Shown here one piece after another: positions 26,553 through 39,965 of a DNA stretch of 64,000 nucleotides; the first letter of the stretch is position 1, and the number at the start of each line of letters is the position of its first letter. Source of the stretch: the human T2T-CHM13v2.0 reference genome, Homo sapiens. The stretch is from the NCBI RefSeq assembly GCF_009914755.1, contig NC_060936.1, one strand, 5' to 3'. The notes under the pieces are model-generated. The model had not been told where the DNA came from. It ran no database searches and saw only the letters and a program-made list of their open reading frames with translations. The translations under genes and the position numbers were made by a program.

Positions 26553-26738
26553 TTGGTTGGTTGGGTGGTTGGCTGGTTGGTTTGGTGTTTGGTTGAGTGG
26601 ATGGGTGGGTGGTTGGGTGGTTAGGTGAGTGGTTGGTTGGTTGGGTGGGTGGGTGGGTGGTTGGGTGGTTGGGTGAGTGGTTGGTTGGTTGGTTGGTTGG
26701 TTGGGTGGGTGGTTGGGTGGTTGATTGGTTGGTTGGTT
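26553..26738. repeat. (GGTT/GGGT)n tetranucleotide array with ~48-bp higher-order unit
   Basis: ggttggttgggtgg... with ggtgagtggttgg recurring 48 bp apart. Confidence 0.92.
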
Positions 26739-26820
26739 TTAAAATTATCATGACTGCCTTCATTTTTTTCTGTTTCTTCCTCCTCAATCTTAAATGACAG
26801 GACTATGAATGTACCCCTGG

Positions 26821-27850
26821 CAGGCTGTTCCCAATTCTTCAGGGCCCAAGTCAGGAGTGCAAATGGAGGCCTACATGCCTTATGTCTAAATATTTTAAAG
26901 TTATAACTGAAGCATACAGACTGCCCAATAAAATATATTTTATCCCCTTCCTAAACTAGTATATCTTCCTAATGACAAATTGTTTTAAATATAAAAGCTA
27001 TTGTTTTTATACATTTGAAAATCTGTAAAATATCAAAGATGACTGAATTAATATTGTACATGTCTGTGTATTCAATTGATGGGCTGCCAAAGTTTGGGTG
27101 AAGAATTAAGTAAAAACATATATAATTTAAAAAGTATTTCATATGCATTTTTTAAAATGTATTTCTTTGCTTTTTTTTAAGTAAATCACAAGTTTGATTC
27201 TATTGATAATGATGATCTAAAGGATCAAAAATTAAAATGTGATTATGTCCAAAATATTCAGTTTGAGTATATTTTAATCAAAAACATAAAATAAAGCAAA
27301 CCTGAAATATAAAAATGATTTTTTTGTTTTCAAAAAGTTATTTTTCTTCTCAAACATTCAAATTATTTTATAACATGAAAAGAGAAATATGAATTATAAT
27401 TAAGAGGTATAACAAATATGAATAAAGATTATTAAATAAAACTTATATTTTATTTTCTTAAAAAGTAATTAAATATCATTAAATGTTTATAAAACTTAAA
27501 CTAATCACAATTCCACAGGGCAATGTACATTTAGTTACCAATGTAAAGAACCGATATCTTGCTGGACACATGCTTTACAAAGGAAGAACTGGACAAGTTA
27601 AAATAATTTGTTTTTATTTTCTTTATCTAAGTGTGCCTGTCATTCAAATACTCCCTGTCTTCTTAAGCATTTTCTGACTTCCACATTAGCAGAAGCACAA
27701 TCCACAAATCTTCATGGCATGTGGATGTAGTTTTTTGTTGTTGTTGTTCTTAGGACATAGGTCAACTGATTTGGAGAAGTATTTTCCTGGGGCCTGAATG
27801 GTGTGCACCACAGAAGTGAATGTTTTAGGATTTCAGTAATGCTGTGATGG
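26821..27850. mobile_element. hAT-Tip100 (Zaphod/MER115-like) DNA transposon fragment
   Basis: cagg...gggccc...gagtgcaaatggaggcctacatgccttatgtctaaatatttt terminus followed by very AT-rich body. Confidence 0.5.
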
Positions 27851-28374
27851 CTCCGAGTGTAAGATTCCAAGTCATAGAGGCCCCTATGTGTTTGCTAATA
27901 AATGTAGTGTTTCTGGGTTTGCTATATGCAGGGCACTCTAGGGCTTGGAATTCATGGGGACTTTTATTCTCATATACCTCTGCTTGGCTCAGGCCTTTAG
28001 AGATTCTCAATTGGATTATAAGTGTAGCCTCATTTCTTCTAGACTCAATTTCTCCTTGTGGCTCAGAAATACACATAGGTGAGTGAAGAATCATTTTCTC
28101 CCTCTTTCAAACCCAGATTCTGAGGCTACTTGTGAATAAATGAAATAAAGCAAATAAAAATATTATCAAATATACCTGTGGCTAAGGAACCACTCAGCCT
28201 CTTTTACCCAAAGTTCACCATACAAAAACTGGAACTGCCTAATTTGGCAAGAACAGTTGTGGCCTGATTCCAATTACTGACAGGTGAATGGTATTCAAGA
28301 CACAAACATTACTTGATGATTAGTGCATATCATCCTTTACATGATTAGGTTCAGCTGCAAAGCATAAAATCATA

Positions 28375-28590
28375 ACCAATATTAATTGAGCATTCATTAT
28401 GTGCCAGGTAGTTTGCTAAGAGCTTCGTATGTATGATCTCATGTGGTCCTCCCCATTGTCTTGGAAAAGGACTGAACCTTTAGGGAAGTTAAGTAGCTTG
28501 CCTAAGATAACACAGTAGGGAAGTAATAGCAATGGGATTTAAACTCAGGTTATCCAATGTGAAAGCCTGTGCACTTAAACACTATTCCAC
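28375..28590 (-). mobile_element. MIR
   Basis: attgagcattcattatgtgccagg...gttaagtagcttgcctaagataacacag...gggatttaaactcagg. Confidence 0.8.
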
Positions 28591-30939
28591 TCTGCTTGCC
28601 TCTGTGTTACTGGCATCAGATATAGGGTTGGGAAGGTCTGTGACCAGGTAAGGTCAAGATAGGGTAAACTGAATCAGCTGCCAAGTTGTACCCCAAGGGA
28701 AACAACTGCCAATCCAGTATGACAAATCCAAAGGAACACAATAGCCTTGTGTTTGATTTGAACTGATGTCACTTCCAAGGAACTAGGTTGGAGAGTGGAC
28801 ATCACAGCACGTTATAGAATCTTTAAGCTGGTGCTCGAAATAAACTCAATGTGCTGGAAAGGCAGAACTCCAGTCTAAGGGAAGACGGAAACAGAAATAA
28901 CATTTTTGGGCACTTACTACATGCTAAGGCTTTCACACCTTCTGCTCATTTAATTATTGAAACAAACTTGTAAAGCAAGTATTATTTCCCCCATTTCCCA
29001 AATGGGAAAAGAAGTTGTGTAACTTGCCCATGACCAAATAGCTAATAAGAAATGGAACCAAGAAAAATAATCTAAATTAGCTTGATTTCAGATTTGGGGA
29101 TATTATTATTATTATTAAACAAATCACATTGCCTCTCCAACACTTCGCTGGACCCAACTAAAGGACTAAGTTGGAAAACAGCAGCACAAAGTCGCACCCT
29201 CATACCTAGTTTCTTACTCATGTTAAATGATGCCAGTAAAATGCCCTGCAGGTTTGGGGGAAAGGCCTTGACTCAGGGCAGATGGATATGTCCAGGAGTA
29301 GCAGCCAAGACTAATTAATTCCAGAGTCCACCCATGGGTAGAGCTCATAGCCCCATACATCTGACCTAGGTCAAGACTGACTCACAAATTGGGCTGGTTT
29401 GAGTCCCAGGACATGGACCAAAGTGATGAGACAGATTAGGGCCAGCAAATACTGAGTTGTGTCCTGTTGGTGGGCTCTGCTGGGATGCTTAGCCTAATTG
29501 TGCTTCCAAGAGTGAGATCATTATGTTTTTTTCTTCTAACCTAGAAAACCCTTGTAGCTCTTAAAGCTATACCATATGATACCTGTCCATGACTGGACCT
29601 ATACTTAACAGAAGTACCTAAGACTCAGATGGTCCTTGGAGCAGACAAGGACATCAAATTACTAACTGCAAGTGTGTAATAGAAATCTATTTACTTCAGG
29701 TAAAAACCTCTTTCTAGAACAACAACAACAAAAGATTGAATATTATGATGGATTTTTAATTAGGAAATGACCAGAAACAGTGATGAAAAAGGGGGCTTAG
29801 ATAATATTAGAAGCACATTGCTTTGGATACATGAATAGGAAAAGTGCAAGAACTGGAACCTGTAAGCAAAAATCCATGGAATGTTCAGTTCAGCTGCTGA
29901 ATTGCCCACAGCTGTCTGGGATATTCTCCTTTTGAACCAGGCTTCTCTTTGTCTATTGAGGTAATCTGTTCCTCTCTGTGCTCTTTTCAATTTCAATATC
30001 CATTGTCACTGTCATGGACAAAGTTATGAAGACAGCCTGACTTACACCTACTTGGTCATGGGCTCCAAAAATGAAATGAAATGTGTGTGTGAGGAGGGTG
30101 AGTCATTCTTTCCTATTGGAAGTTGCTAATTAATTGGGTGGTTAATAAAGAGAATATGAGGCTTTATATATTCTGGGCTAGAGGATACAGAATTCAAATC
30201 ACTGCCACATGCCATTTCATGTCAACCAACATTTATAGAGCACCTACTATGTACAAGACACTGCAGAAAGTATGAAAACGGGTAAGCCACAGTCCTTGTT
30301 CTCAGGAAACTCAAAATACAGTGTCAGAGATAGAGGTGAACAACTAGCAATAAAGTCAACCCAAATAAAATAAGAGCTAAGACACATGTACAAAGGATGC
30401 ACCATGAGGGCAGAGAAGGAGCCTCTGCTAAGAAGAGGTAGTGTTGATGGGTGTTAGATGGAGGGGAGAAGGTCATTCCAGGATGAAAGAAGAATGAGCC
30501 AGCCAAGAAGTCTCAGAAATTTCAGTCAGAGAAGGAAAAGGAGAACTGAGAAAGTGTCATGATAGCTAGTAAATATGCTCAAATCTTCCTATCCCCCAAA
30601 TATCATCCATTGTCTGTGCTTCATGTCAACCCTTTGCCCAGTTCTCCTCTTCCCTGCATGGCCAAAGTTTTTACTGTTTTGTTCTTTTCTTGGCAAACTA
30701 AATCCTCAGCACCTTTATATGTAGTGAAAGGTATGCTCTTCCCTGCCTTCCCCACCTCACTCAGCTAAAACTTATTTTACTGAGAACTGCTGATACTCAA
30801 GATTCATGCATGAGGTGTGACCTCTCTTCCAATATGCCTGGGACACCACGTAATGATCACTGATATTCGTTGGACTGCTGCTATGTGCCAGGCGTTGCTA
30901 CAATATGTATATAAGTGTTTCCTACAATATGTATATAAG

Positions 30940-31407
30940 GGGCCCAGATCTGAAGATGGCCCTCAATGATCCACACCTCCTGGCTACACCCTTGTGTAGT
31001 CCCCTTCCACATTGTACTGGGATTGGTCTGCATGGCCAGTGCAAGACTACAGAAGTGACAGATGCCACTTCCTAGTTTAGTTGTAAGAGATTATGGCTTC
31101 TGCCTTGATTGTTCTCTCTCTAGGAGCACTCATGCTGCAGAAGTCATTGAGAGCCCATGTGGTAGAAAGATGAAGCCTCCTTCCAACAGCCATGCAAGTG
31201 AGCTTGGAAGTAAATCTTTCAGCTCCTATCAAGTCTTTGGATTGCAGTCCTAGCTGAGAGCTTGACTGCAACTTCATGAGCCAGAGCCACCTAGATAAAC
31301 TATTCTTGAATCTGTGATCCTCAGAAACTGTGTGAGATAACGAATATTTGCTGACTTAAACTTTAAGTTTTGGAGTAATTTGTTATGAACAATAGACAAC
31401 TGATACA
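30940..31407 (+). mobile_element. MLT1(E/F)-like LTR
   Basis: aagatggccctcaatgatccacacctcctgg...cagaaactgtgtgagataa...gtaatttgttatg..caatagacaactgataca. Confidence 0.8.
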
Positions 31408-31424
31408 GTATGTATGTCTATATT

Positions 31425-32240
31425 ATTGTTTTTTGAGTATAATTCACATAAGATAAAACACACAGATCTGGAGTGTTCAGTTCTGTGGGCTTTGAACATT
31501 GCATACAAATGTGTAACCATTACTCAAAAAAGATATACAATATTTCCATCACCCAGAAAAGTCCCTTGTCTCCTTTTCCAACTAATTCCTAGTCTTCTCT
31601 CCTATCAGAAAAAAGAAAACCCACCATTTTTGTTTCTATCGTTGTAGTTTAGTTTAGACTATTTTTGAACCTCACATAAGTGGATCACCCAGTATGTCTG
31701 TTTTGTATCCAGCTCACCATAATGTTTTTGAGATTTAACTGGGTTGTTGTATATATCAGTAATTTTATCCTTTTAAGTCTATTGCTGATTAGTATCCTAT
31801 TTCATGAATATACCATGATGTGTTTATTCATACTCCTGTTGATGGACATTTGGGTTGTTTCTGATTTTTATTTATTGTGAACAAGGCTGCCATCATTGTA
31901 CAAGTCTTTTTGTGGACATAAGTTCTCAGTTCACTAGAGTAAATACCTAGGAACAGAAATCCTGGATAATATTATAAATGCACATTTAACATTATAAGAA
32001 ACTGACAAAGATTTTTTGAAAGAGTTTGTTTCATTTTACACCCCCACCAGCAATGTATGGGAATTCTAGTTACTTCACATTCTTTCTAGCATTTGGCCTC
32101 ATCAGTCTTTTGATTTTTGTCATTTGCTGGGAGTGAAATGGCATCTCATTGTGGGTTTAATTTTCCTGATGAGCCATGATGTTGACCATCATTACTGGCC
32201 ACTGACATACCTTCTTCTATGAAGTCTCTGTTGAAGTTTC
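31425..32240 (-). mobile_element. L1M (MB/MC/ME-type) 3' fragment
   Basis: ttgatggacatttgggttgtttc...gtaaatacctagg...cattttacacccccaccagcaatgtatg. Confidence 0.85.
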
Positions 32241-32529
32241 ATCATGGGTGCCACCTGGACTCTCTGCTGACAGGATGTTCCCTAAAATCACTGCTTGTTG
32301 AAGCACATCTGTATCGGCTTCTCCCTTGAGCCCACACCACCCTTTCCCTCAGCACCCTTCTCTTATACACAGTCTTGCCTCCCTCCCTCGCCATCTCTGT
32401 CTCCACCCTCCTTTTCATTCTAGGCTCAACAAATCTTGCCCTGAAAACTGCTGCCCCAGTAATAACCTATTAAATATCTACCCCAGTTCTAGCACTGGGC
32501 TCAGTGTGGGAAAATTAAAAACAGAAGAG

Positions 32530-33634
32530 TAGTGGTAGGCTGGTAAATATTTAACAGCTGGCTCTCTGGAAAAAAAAATTAATTAATTAAAAAGAAATTT
32601 TTGCTTGTGGGAATAAGTTTATCAGAGCTACATTTATTTTTTTTTTAGTTCTTTTTTTCTACGTATTTGGCTGATATATACATATATAATTGGTTTCTTA
32701 ATTGATATTTTCATAACTTTTAAATTTTTATTGATCTTAATTGATTTTTAATTGACTAAATAAATTTTATTAAACTTACACATTAATTCTAATAATCTAT
32801 ATACAAATAATTTGCCTAGATTTTCAACATATTTAATTATATGTCATCTGGGAATAATGAGGGATTTACTTATTTCACTCCAATATGTATACCTTTCTTT
32901 TTTCTTTTTCTTTTTTTTTTTTTTTTTTGTGTGTGTATTTGTTTGTTTGTTTTGAGACACAGTCTCTGGAGTGCAGTGGCATGATCTCTGCTCACTGCAA
33001 TCTCCACCCCCTGGGTCCAAACCGTTATCACACTTCAGCCACACAAGTAGCTGGGACTACAGGCATGTGCCACCATGCCCAGCTAATTTTTTTGTATTTT
33101 TAGTTGAGACGGAGTTTCGCCATGTTGGCCAGGCTGGTCTCAAACTCTTGGGCACGTGCAATTGGTCTGCCTCAGCCTCCCAAAGTGCTGGGATTACAGG
33201 CATGCGCCACCACACCAGCCTACTTTTATTTTTTCTTATTCTATTGCACTGTCTAGGATCCTCCCTACCAATGTTGAAATGAAGCAGTAAGAGTGAGCCT
33301 CTTTGTTTTGTTTTTTATTTCTAGAAAAATGTTTCCATTTCACCTTAAAATCTGATGTTTCTGTGGATGTTCTTTAAAGTTTATAATTTTTTAAAATTTC
33401 TAGTTTGCCAAAGGTTGGTTATTATGGAAAAAATAAATTTAAAACACCCTGATGTATATACCAATTTTCTGTGTGATAAATACTCCCAGCACAACCACTT
33501 CCAAGCTATCAATGTAACTTCACTAAAGGTGGAGCTGGGAAGAGATACAGAGTAGCCCACCTCATAAACCATGTTTCCACATGACAATTGTCTTTCATAA
33601 TAAGCCCATAGGAGCCTTCCCCCAGCACCACTGG
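32530..33634. mobile_element. MER63-like hAT element split by an L1 fragment that contains an Alu
   Basis: agtggtaggctggtaaatatttaacagctggctctctggaaaa ... ccagcaccactgg terminal inverted repeats. Confidence 0.65.
32896..33220 (-). mobile_element. AluS-type SINE with small deletion
   Basis: T/(GTTT) tail, gagacggagtttcgccatgttggccagg, gctgggattacaggc. Confidence 0.92.
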
Positions 33635-35166
33635 TAAGGGCTAACAATTAATTTGGAGGAATGATTGACAAATAAGAGAACAGCACAAAATAACATACAG
33701 TTAAGTCTTCTTGTGCATTGCAAAACTGTAGACAGATTAGAAGTAAAGAAAATGCCAAAAGCTGAAAGTAGTGGTTCTCACCCTTGTCTACAAGTTGGAA
33801 TAATCTGGGAAGCTTTAAAAACATTCTAATACATGGGAACTACCCCTAAATATTTAGAATTGGTCAAAAGTAAGGCCAAAGCATTGTTTTTTGTTGTTTG
33901 TTGTTTTTCTTTCTTTTTTAAAAAACCTCATCAGCAGATTGGACCTAGATGATTTTAAAATCTAGCGAAGGTTTAGAACCACTGGTTTAAAGAAGGATGA
34001 AGGTTTTGACAAATTTGGATAACTGGAGCAGTGTGGGACGGTACCCAAGCAAAAGAAGTGGAACAAATAAATGAGTGGTAAATGCTTCAGGAAGATTGAG
34101 AAAACTCGCTAGACAGGAGCTAGGCAATCTTAGACGGAAGTGGCAAGAAAAATAAATGATTTTAAAGCTGTAGATAAAAGGTTCTTCTGTGAGAACCTGG
34201 CCCCATCTCCACAGAACTCTAGGTTTCCAAAGAAAGCGAGCCTCAGGTTCCCAGCAAAGGACCCTTATTTCCCATGAGGGCTGATGTGACATTGCCAAGT
34301 CAGTGGCCTTGAGAGTTGGGGACTTGGACAGGAAGATTACTCTGCCTCAGACCCTGGAAAGCCAGGAGAGAATTCAGACTTCTGGCATATTGAGCTTAAG
34401 CAGATTTTATTTAAAAGAAAATTCAGTCTGTTATGTCTTAGTTCTGGTAGGTCAGTATGCTTCCAACTTTGATGACCATGTGAATCACCCAGGTGTCTTG
34501 GTAAAATTCAGATTCTGATTTAGTGATGGGGCCTGATAGTCTGTGTTTCTAACCAATTTCCAGGTGCTACTGATGCTACTTAGGGTCATAAGGCTAAAGT
34601 TAACAAGGCATCATTTACTTTAGGGTTGTTTTACAAGAAAAACACCATGCTTAAATTGACTTGTGCTCTCATGTTTGGCTGGGGATTTGGGCCTATTTTA
34701 CAGCAGAAATCTGCCCTTTATCCAGAGCCTGGGCAACCTTTAACACAAGCTCCCCTCTCCTGTCTTCTCTTTCTAAGTTATTTTTCTATTGACCTTCTAA
34801 ATTGATCTTCTCAGTCCTGTGGGAAATTCTTATCTGGCTAACTAGACTTATGTCCAGATGCCCAATACTCATCACCTTTTGGGCTCCCACTTATGTGTAA
34901 CACACGTGACACCTATTACAGATGTTATTATTTCCACTCCTCAGCTGAGGAACCTAAGGCTCAATGAATGATGGAAAGTTACCCCAAACCTCCAAGTTAG
35001 TGGCCACACCAGGATATAATCCAGGTTTGTTTGTCTCTCAAGCTACCATTCTTTCTGCTTTCAGTGGCTTTGAGTCCACCCAGGCCCAGCACAACAAACC
35101 ACAAATCTGCTGACCTAGCTCCCAAACCTCAGCTGAAAACTACACCTCTATTCTGGGGACCTGCAA

Positions 35167-35167
35167 T

Positions 35168-35206
<39 letters not shown>

Positions 35207-35497
35207 TTTTATTTTTGAGACAGAATCTCACTCTGTCACCCAGGCTGGAGTGCAGTGGTATGATCTCGGCTCACTGCACCTCTGCCTCCCAGGCTCAAGC
35301 AATTCTCCTGCCTCAGCCTCCTGAGTAACTGGGATTACAGGCACCCGCCACCACACCAGGCGAATTTTTGTAATTTTAGTAGAGACAGGGTTTCACCAGA
35401 TTGGCCAGGCTGGTCTCAAACTCCTGACCTCAAGTGATCCTCCAGCATTGGTCTCCCAAAGTGCTGGGATTACAGACATGAGCCACTGTGCCCGGCT
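35167..35497 (-). mobile_element. AluS-type SINE with (TTTA)n tail
   Basis: full dimer; TSD ggacct(g/t)caattt. Confidence 0.95.
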
Positions 35498-35623
35498 AGG
35501 ACCTTCAATTTAAAGTGCATCTCCATCAGAAAGAGCAAATGGAGGTTGTTTCAGACATGATGCAAAACAATATACTTACTTACTGAGTTGAAAATAATTT
35601 GAATAGTCTTTTTCAAACTATCC

Positions 35624-36020
35624 TGATATAGTTTGAATATATGTCCCTGCCAAATCTCATGTTTCATTGTAATCCCCAATGCTGGTGGTGGGGCCTGGTG
35701 GGAGGTGTTTGGGTCCAAGGCAGATCCCTCATGGCTTGGTGCTGTCCTTGCCATAGTGAGTGAATTTTCATGAGGCATGATCATTTAAAAGTGTGTGGCA
35801 CTGCCCCCCCCCTTGCTCCTGCTTTTGCCATGTGACACACCTGCTCCAACTTTATCTTCTGCCATGAGTAAAACTCCCTGAAGCCTCTCCAGAACTTGAG
35901 CAGATGATGGTGCCATGCTTGTACAGCCTGAAGAACTGTGAACCGATTAAACCTCTTTCCTTTATAAATTACCCACTTTCAGGTATTTTCTTGTAGCAAT
36001 GCAAGAACAGCCTAACATGT
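35624..36020 (+). mobile_element. MST (MSTA/B-like) solo LTR
   Basis: tgatatagtttgaat...caaatctcatg...ggggcctggtgggaggtg...attaaacctctttcctttataaattaccca. Confidence 0.88.
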
Positions 36021-36052
36021 ACACTCTCAATTGAATTCAATAAATATTTACT

Positions 36053-36342
<290 letters not shown>

Positions 36343-36609
36343 ATTTACTGAGCATATACCAGGTGCTGGGCAGTGCTAGGCACCTAGTGATACAAAGAAG
36401 AAAAGAATGGAAGGAAATACAGATACAAGTACATTTCATGTTGGCCTTAATGCACTATCAACTTTTACTAGGAGTGTAAGAGTATGAGTCAAATAGGAAA
36501 AGGAATTAATTTTATGGGGAGGGCAGAAGGATGTTGTTCTAGGTATTTATTGACCTTAGGGGGTTAAACACCAGGAGTTATATCATCCCTGCCTTTTCAT
36601 TAATAATGA

Positions 36610-36870
36610 ATAATAGCTAATCATTATACTAAACCTTTATTGAACACTTGCTGTGTGATAGACGCTGTCAGTCACTTTCCCTGCATTACTTCATTTCATC
36701 CTCACAATGACCATAGGAGTCAGGTACTATTATTACCCCCTCCTCACAGATGAAGAATTGGAGAATTGGAAATGTTTAAGTAACTTACCCAAATCCCACA
36801 GCTAGAAATTGACAAAGCTCGAATTCAAACCCAAGTCTGTTTGATTGCAGAGCCCTATTCTTGATCTTCA
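36610..36870 (-). mobile_element. MIR, near full length
   Basis: tttattgaacacttgctgtgtg...catcctcacaat...ggtactattattacccc...ttaagtaacttacccaa...attcaaacccaagtctgt. Confidence 0.85.
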
Positions 36871-39544
36871 CATTTGAGAAAATGTAGCTTAATGAGGAGC
36901 CTAGCAGGGTTGGGATGAAAGGGGAACCATCATTTAATGAGCAGCAATTATGCATTAGGCCATGTGTGCAGGCCAGGATGCATCACACCTCATCAGGAAC
37001 ACATCTCCGAAGACAGATCCTGGATAGCAAAATAAATTTATTGGGCGATACTGGGGAGACTTACATTCTAGGCTTGCTCAAGGCAGTTAGAGTATGGAAA
37101 TATGATGAACATTTCTGTTACTCTCAAAATCTCCTGTGTCGGTCAGTAAATTGTATGGTCACCCCAGGCAATACTATCATGTAACACCACAGAAAATTGT
37201 GTCCATCCAGGTAGGAGAAAACATCCTGAGAGTTACAAAAAATTGGCTATTCAGTTGTTCAGTCTTTTTCTTTGTCTGTCTCCATCTCTCTTTTCAATTT
37301 TCATTCACTGAACAATGCATTCTCCTGTGTTTCTCAGCACTTTATCACACCCTTAATGATTCTAGACCTTGTATATCCTCAGCCTTGGCTTCAGAATGTT
37401 GGAGACATGATGCCAATTCCAGTTCACAACAAAGCAGCATACGTAGTAACCCAGATTGTCTCCCGGCCACTGAATATTGACCCAATGCTGTTCATTGCTG
37501 TTGAGAGCACTAAACTTCTCTTCAAACCAACCAGCAGCTGCAGGAGTGAAAAAAGAGTGTGAGACAATAGCGTCTGAGTTTACCAACACTTCGATCATTC
37601 GAAGCCTTTACAGATAAATCATCTTCAAGAGAATAAGTGCTCCCCAAGTGTATACTTATGCTGGCGGTTGAAGGGATCTTGCCTGTAGATGCTCTGATGC
37701 TTCAGAAAAGAGAAAGGAAAGGAGGTCTGGGTCCCTTGTCCCAGCCTGTGGGGTCTCTAGAGAATTCGTCACAACCACTCTCCTACCCCCTAAAATATGG
37801 AGGTTGGGCTGAGCCACAGGCAGGCAGGCAAATCTACTGCAAGCTCCCTTACATTTTTCTATGGCGTTCCATGGGGTAAAGAAAGTTTCCCCAAGGATTT
37901 TGCTTCACTCTAACAATGGGACAGAAAAGAATTTAGGAGGAGAGCATAAGTCCATTTAAAACTGCATATAAATGATATATTGTGATCATATACATATAGT
38001 GATCAACATCTTGCCCTCCCACTTTTCAGAGCCCTTTCCCACACATGGGCTTGTGTGAAGCTGAGTAAAAGGAGCAAAGGTTTTGGGGTCCGGACTCGAG
38101 TTCGGATCCTGGCTTTTCCACTCACCATGTTGCTTACCTCTCCAAGCCTCAGTTTCCAATGTTTCCACTAAACAGCTTTGTTGTGAATGGAGTTAGATAA
38201 TAGAGGTAACGCCCCCAAAACATGGTATGCACTTGAGAAATGATAGCTCTCCCATCATCCACAGCACATCACACACAGAAGTCATTATCCAGGTGTTTGT
38301 TGAAGAACTAGCTTCATTTTGCAGATGAGAACACTGAGACTCTGAGAGGTCAACTGACTTGCCCAAGGTCACAGCTAGCAAGAGGGTAGTTTTCTCATTA
38401 CAAATCTGTGCCCCAAGCAATATTCTTTTATGCAACCTTTGGGTTTGGAGTTGTACTTCTAGGTAGGTCAGATACCAGAATGAAGAAAAATATTCAGGAA
38501 GGTCTGTTCTTTGAAATCAGCCTTTGATCTTCACCAAAACTGCCTTGCAATTTTCAATTATGAAACCTTTGCAAAGGGTTGTTTCCTCAGAAGCCTGTGT
38601 TCAAACCTCACACTTCTGTGAAATAACTGCTTTATGCCTTAAGACTGTCGATTTGTGTTTGAGTTCAGACATTTGGTAAGTGGAGGATGTTTTGAAGGTA
38701 TTATCAGTCACTGTCTCATCCATAGACTGGATGAAAGGGTCGGCATCACAGTCACATGGCTTTGCTAAATTGTCCTGTGTCTTATCTTTGTCTGACAGCA
38801 GCAGAGCACACCAGATAGGAGGGCACTGTCAGAACACTCTTGAATACCTTAGCCTATGCCAAAAACAGATGAAGATATGGTTGAAGAAATACGGCTCAAG
38901 TAACTAAGAATCATTGCTACATCAACTATTGTAGCATGAAGCTGCATTGGCTGTGTTTATGGTCTCTTTTAGCTTAAAAATACTATGCCATTTTATTCCA
39001 CTCCTCTGCTCCATACCAGTTTTATTGTTGACCTCTTGACCTCTTAAAAGTTTGGTCACATCTGGGGCATCCTGCAACAGCAGTGCTTCCTATTGAAAAA
39101 ATTAAATTGAGGTGGGCCAACACCTGGTCTGTCCAAAATATGTAGCCCTAAGCACCCTGCTCTTTGTAAACGATGATAATATTGCCGACCCAGGGACAGA
39201 GTTCTTTTTTGCGTGCAAATAAAGCTCAAAATCCAAGAGGCACTGGTACCATTTTTTAAAGGCCTACACCAGTAAAGACTATCTGCTCCTCCATCTATCC
39301 TTCTCTTTGACCTTCTAATTTTTACTCTTCAAATATCTCTTGGTCACCTGTTATATTTCAGGCACAGTGCTAGATACAAGGACTGTGGCTGAACTCTCAT
39401 AGAGATTATAGTAGGAAAGATAGACAAAAACAAATCATTTCACAAAAATTTAAGAAGAGGCATGCTTCAAGGAGAAGGATGCCAGGAGTGGGCAGATAGG
39501 ACATCCTAAGAGAGACAATTTAGCCAAATGCCTGAGAGAATGAT

Positions 39545-39755
39545 GGGCTCTGGAATCTGCCCAAGAGGCTCAAGTCTTATTCTTCCTCTCACCATCCCTG
39601 TGACAGTAGCCAGTTGCTTAATCGCTCTGTGCCTCAGTTTCCCCAGCTATAATATGAAGCTATAATAGTACCTTCCTCTCAGGGTTGCTGTGGAGATTAA
39701 CTGAGATAGCACATGTGAAGCATGTAGAACAACATCTGGTACTAGCAAGTGTTCA
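39545..39755 (+). mobile_element. MIR
   Basis: gcttaatcgctctgtgcctcagtttcc...aatagtacct...agggttgctgtggagattaa. Confidence 0.8.
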
Positions 39756-39842
39756 GCCTGGGGTGGGGAACATACCTGACCTGTGCTACCTGTGGACCTC
39801 TCTAAGCAAGTAAGCTGGGACATGAAAATAAATAAAGATAAG

Positions 39843-39965
39843 CATAGCAAACCACCATGACACATGTTTACCTGCATAACAAACCTTCACATCCTGCACG
39901 TATACCCCAGAACTGAAAATACAAATTAAAATTAATTTAAAAAGAAATAAAAGTAAATAAGAAAG
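39843..39965 (+). mobile_element. L1PA-type 3' terminal fragment
   Basis: gcaaaccaccatgacacatgtttacct..ataacaaacct.cacatcctgcac..ataccccagaact + A-rich tail. Confidence 0.85.

Noticed and set aside
26545-26797. PTNQ/GWLV repeat ORFs on both strands
   Set aside because: Translations of the (GGTT)n array.
38089-38109. Clustered TCCGGA, CTCGAG and GGATCC sites resembling a vector polylinker
   Set aside because: Reads as a diverged MIR B-box region (g.gttc..atcctggc...ccact) continuous with MIR sequence; no vector context.
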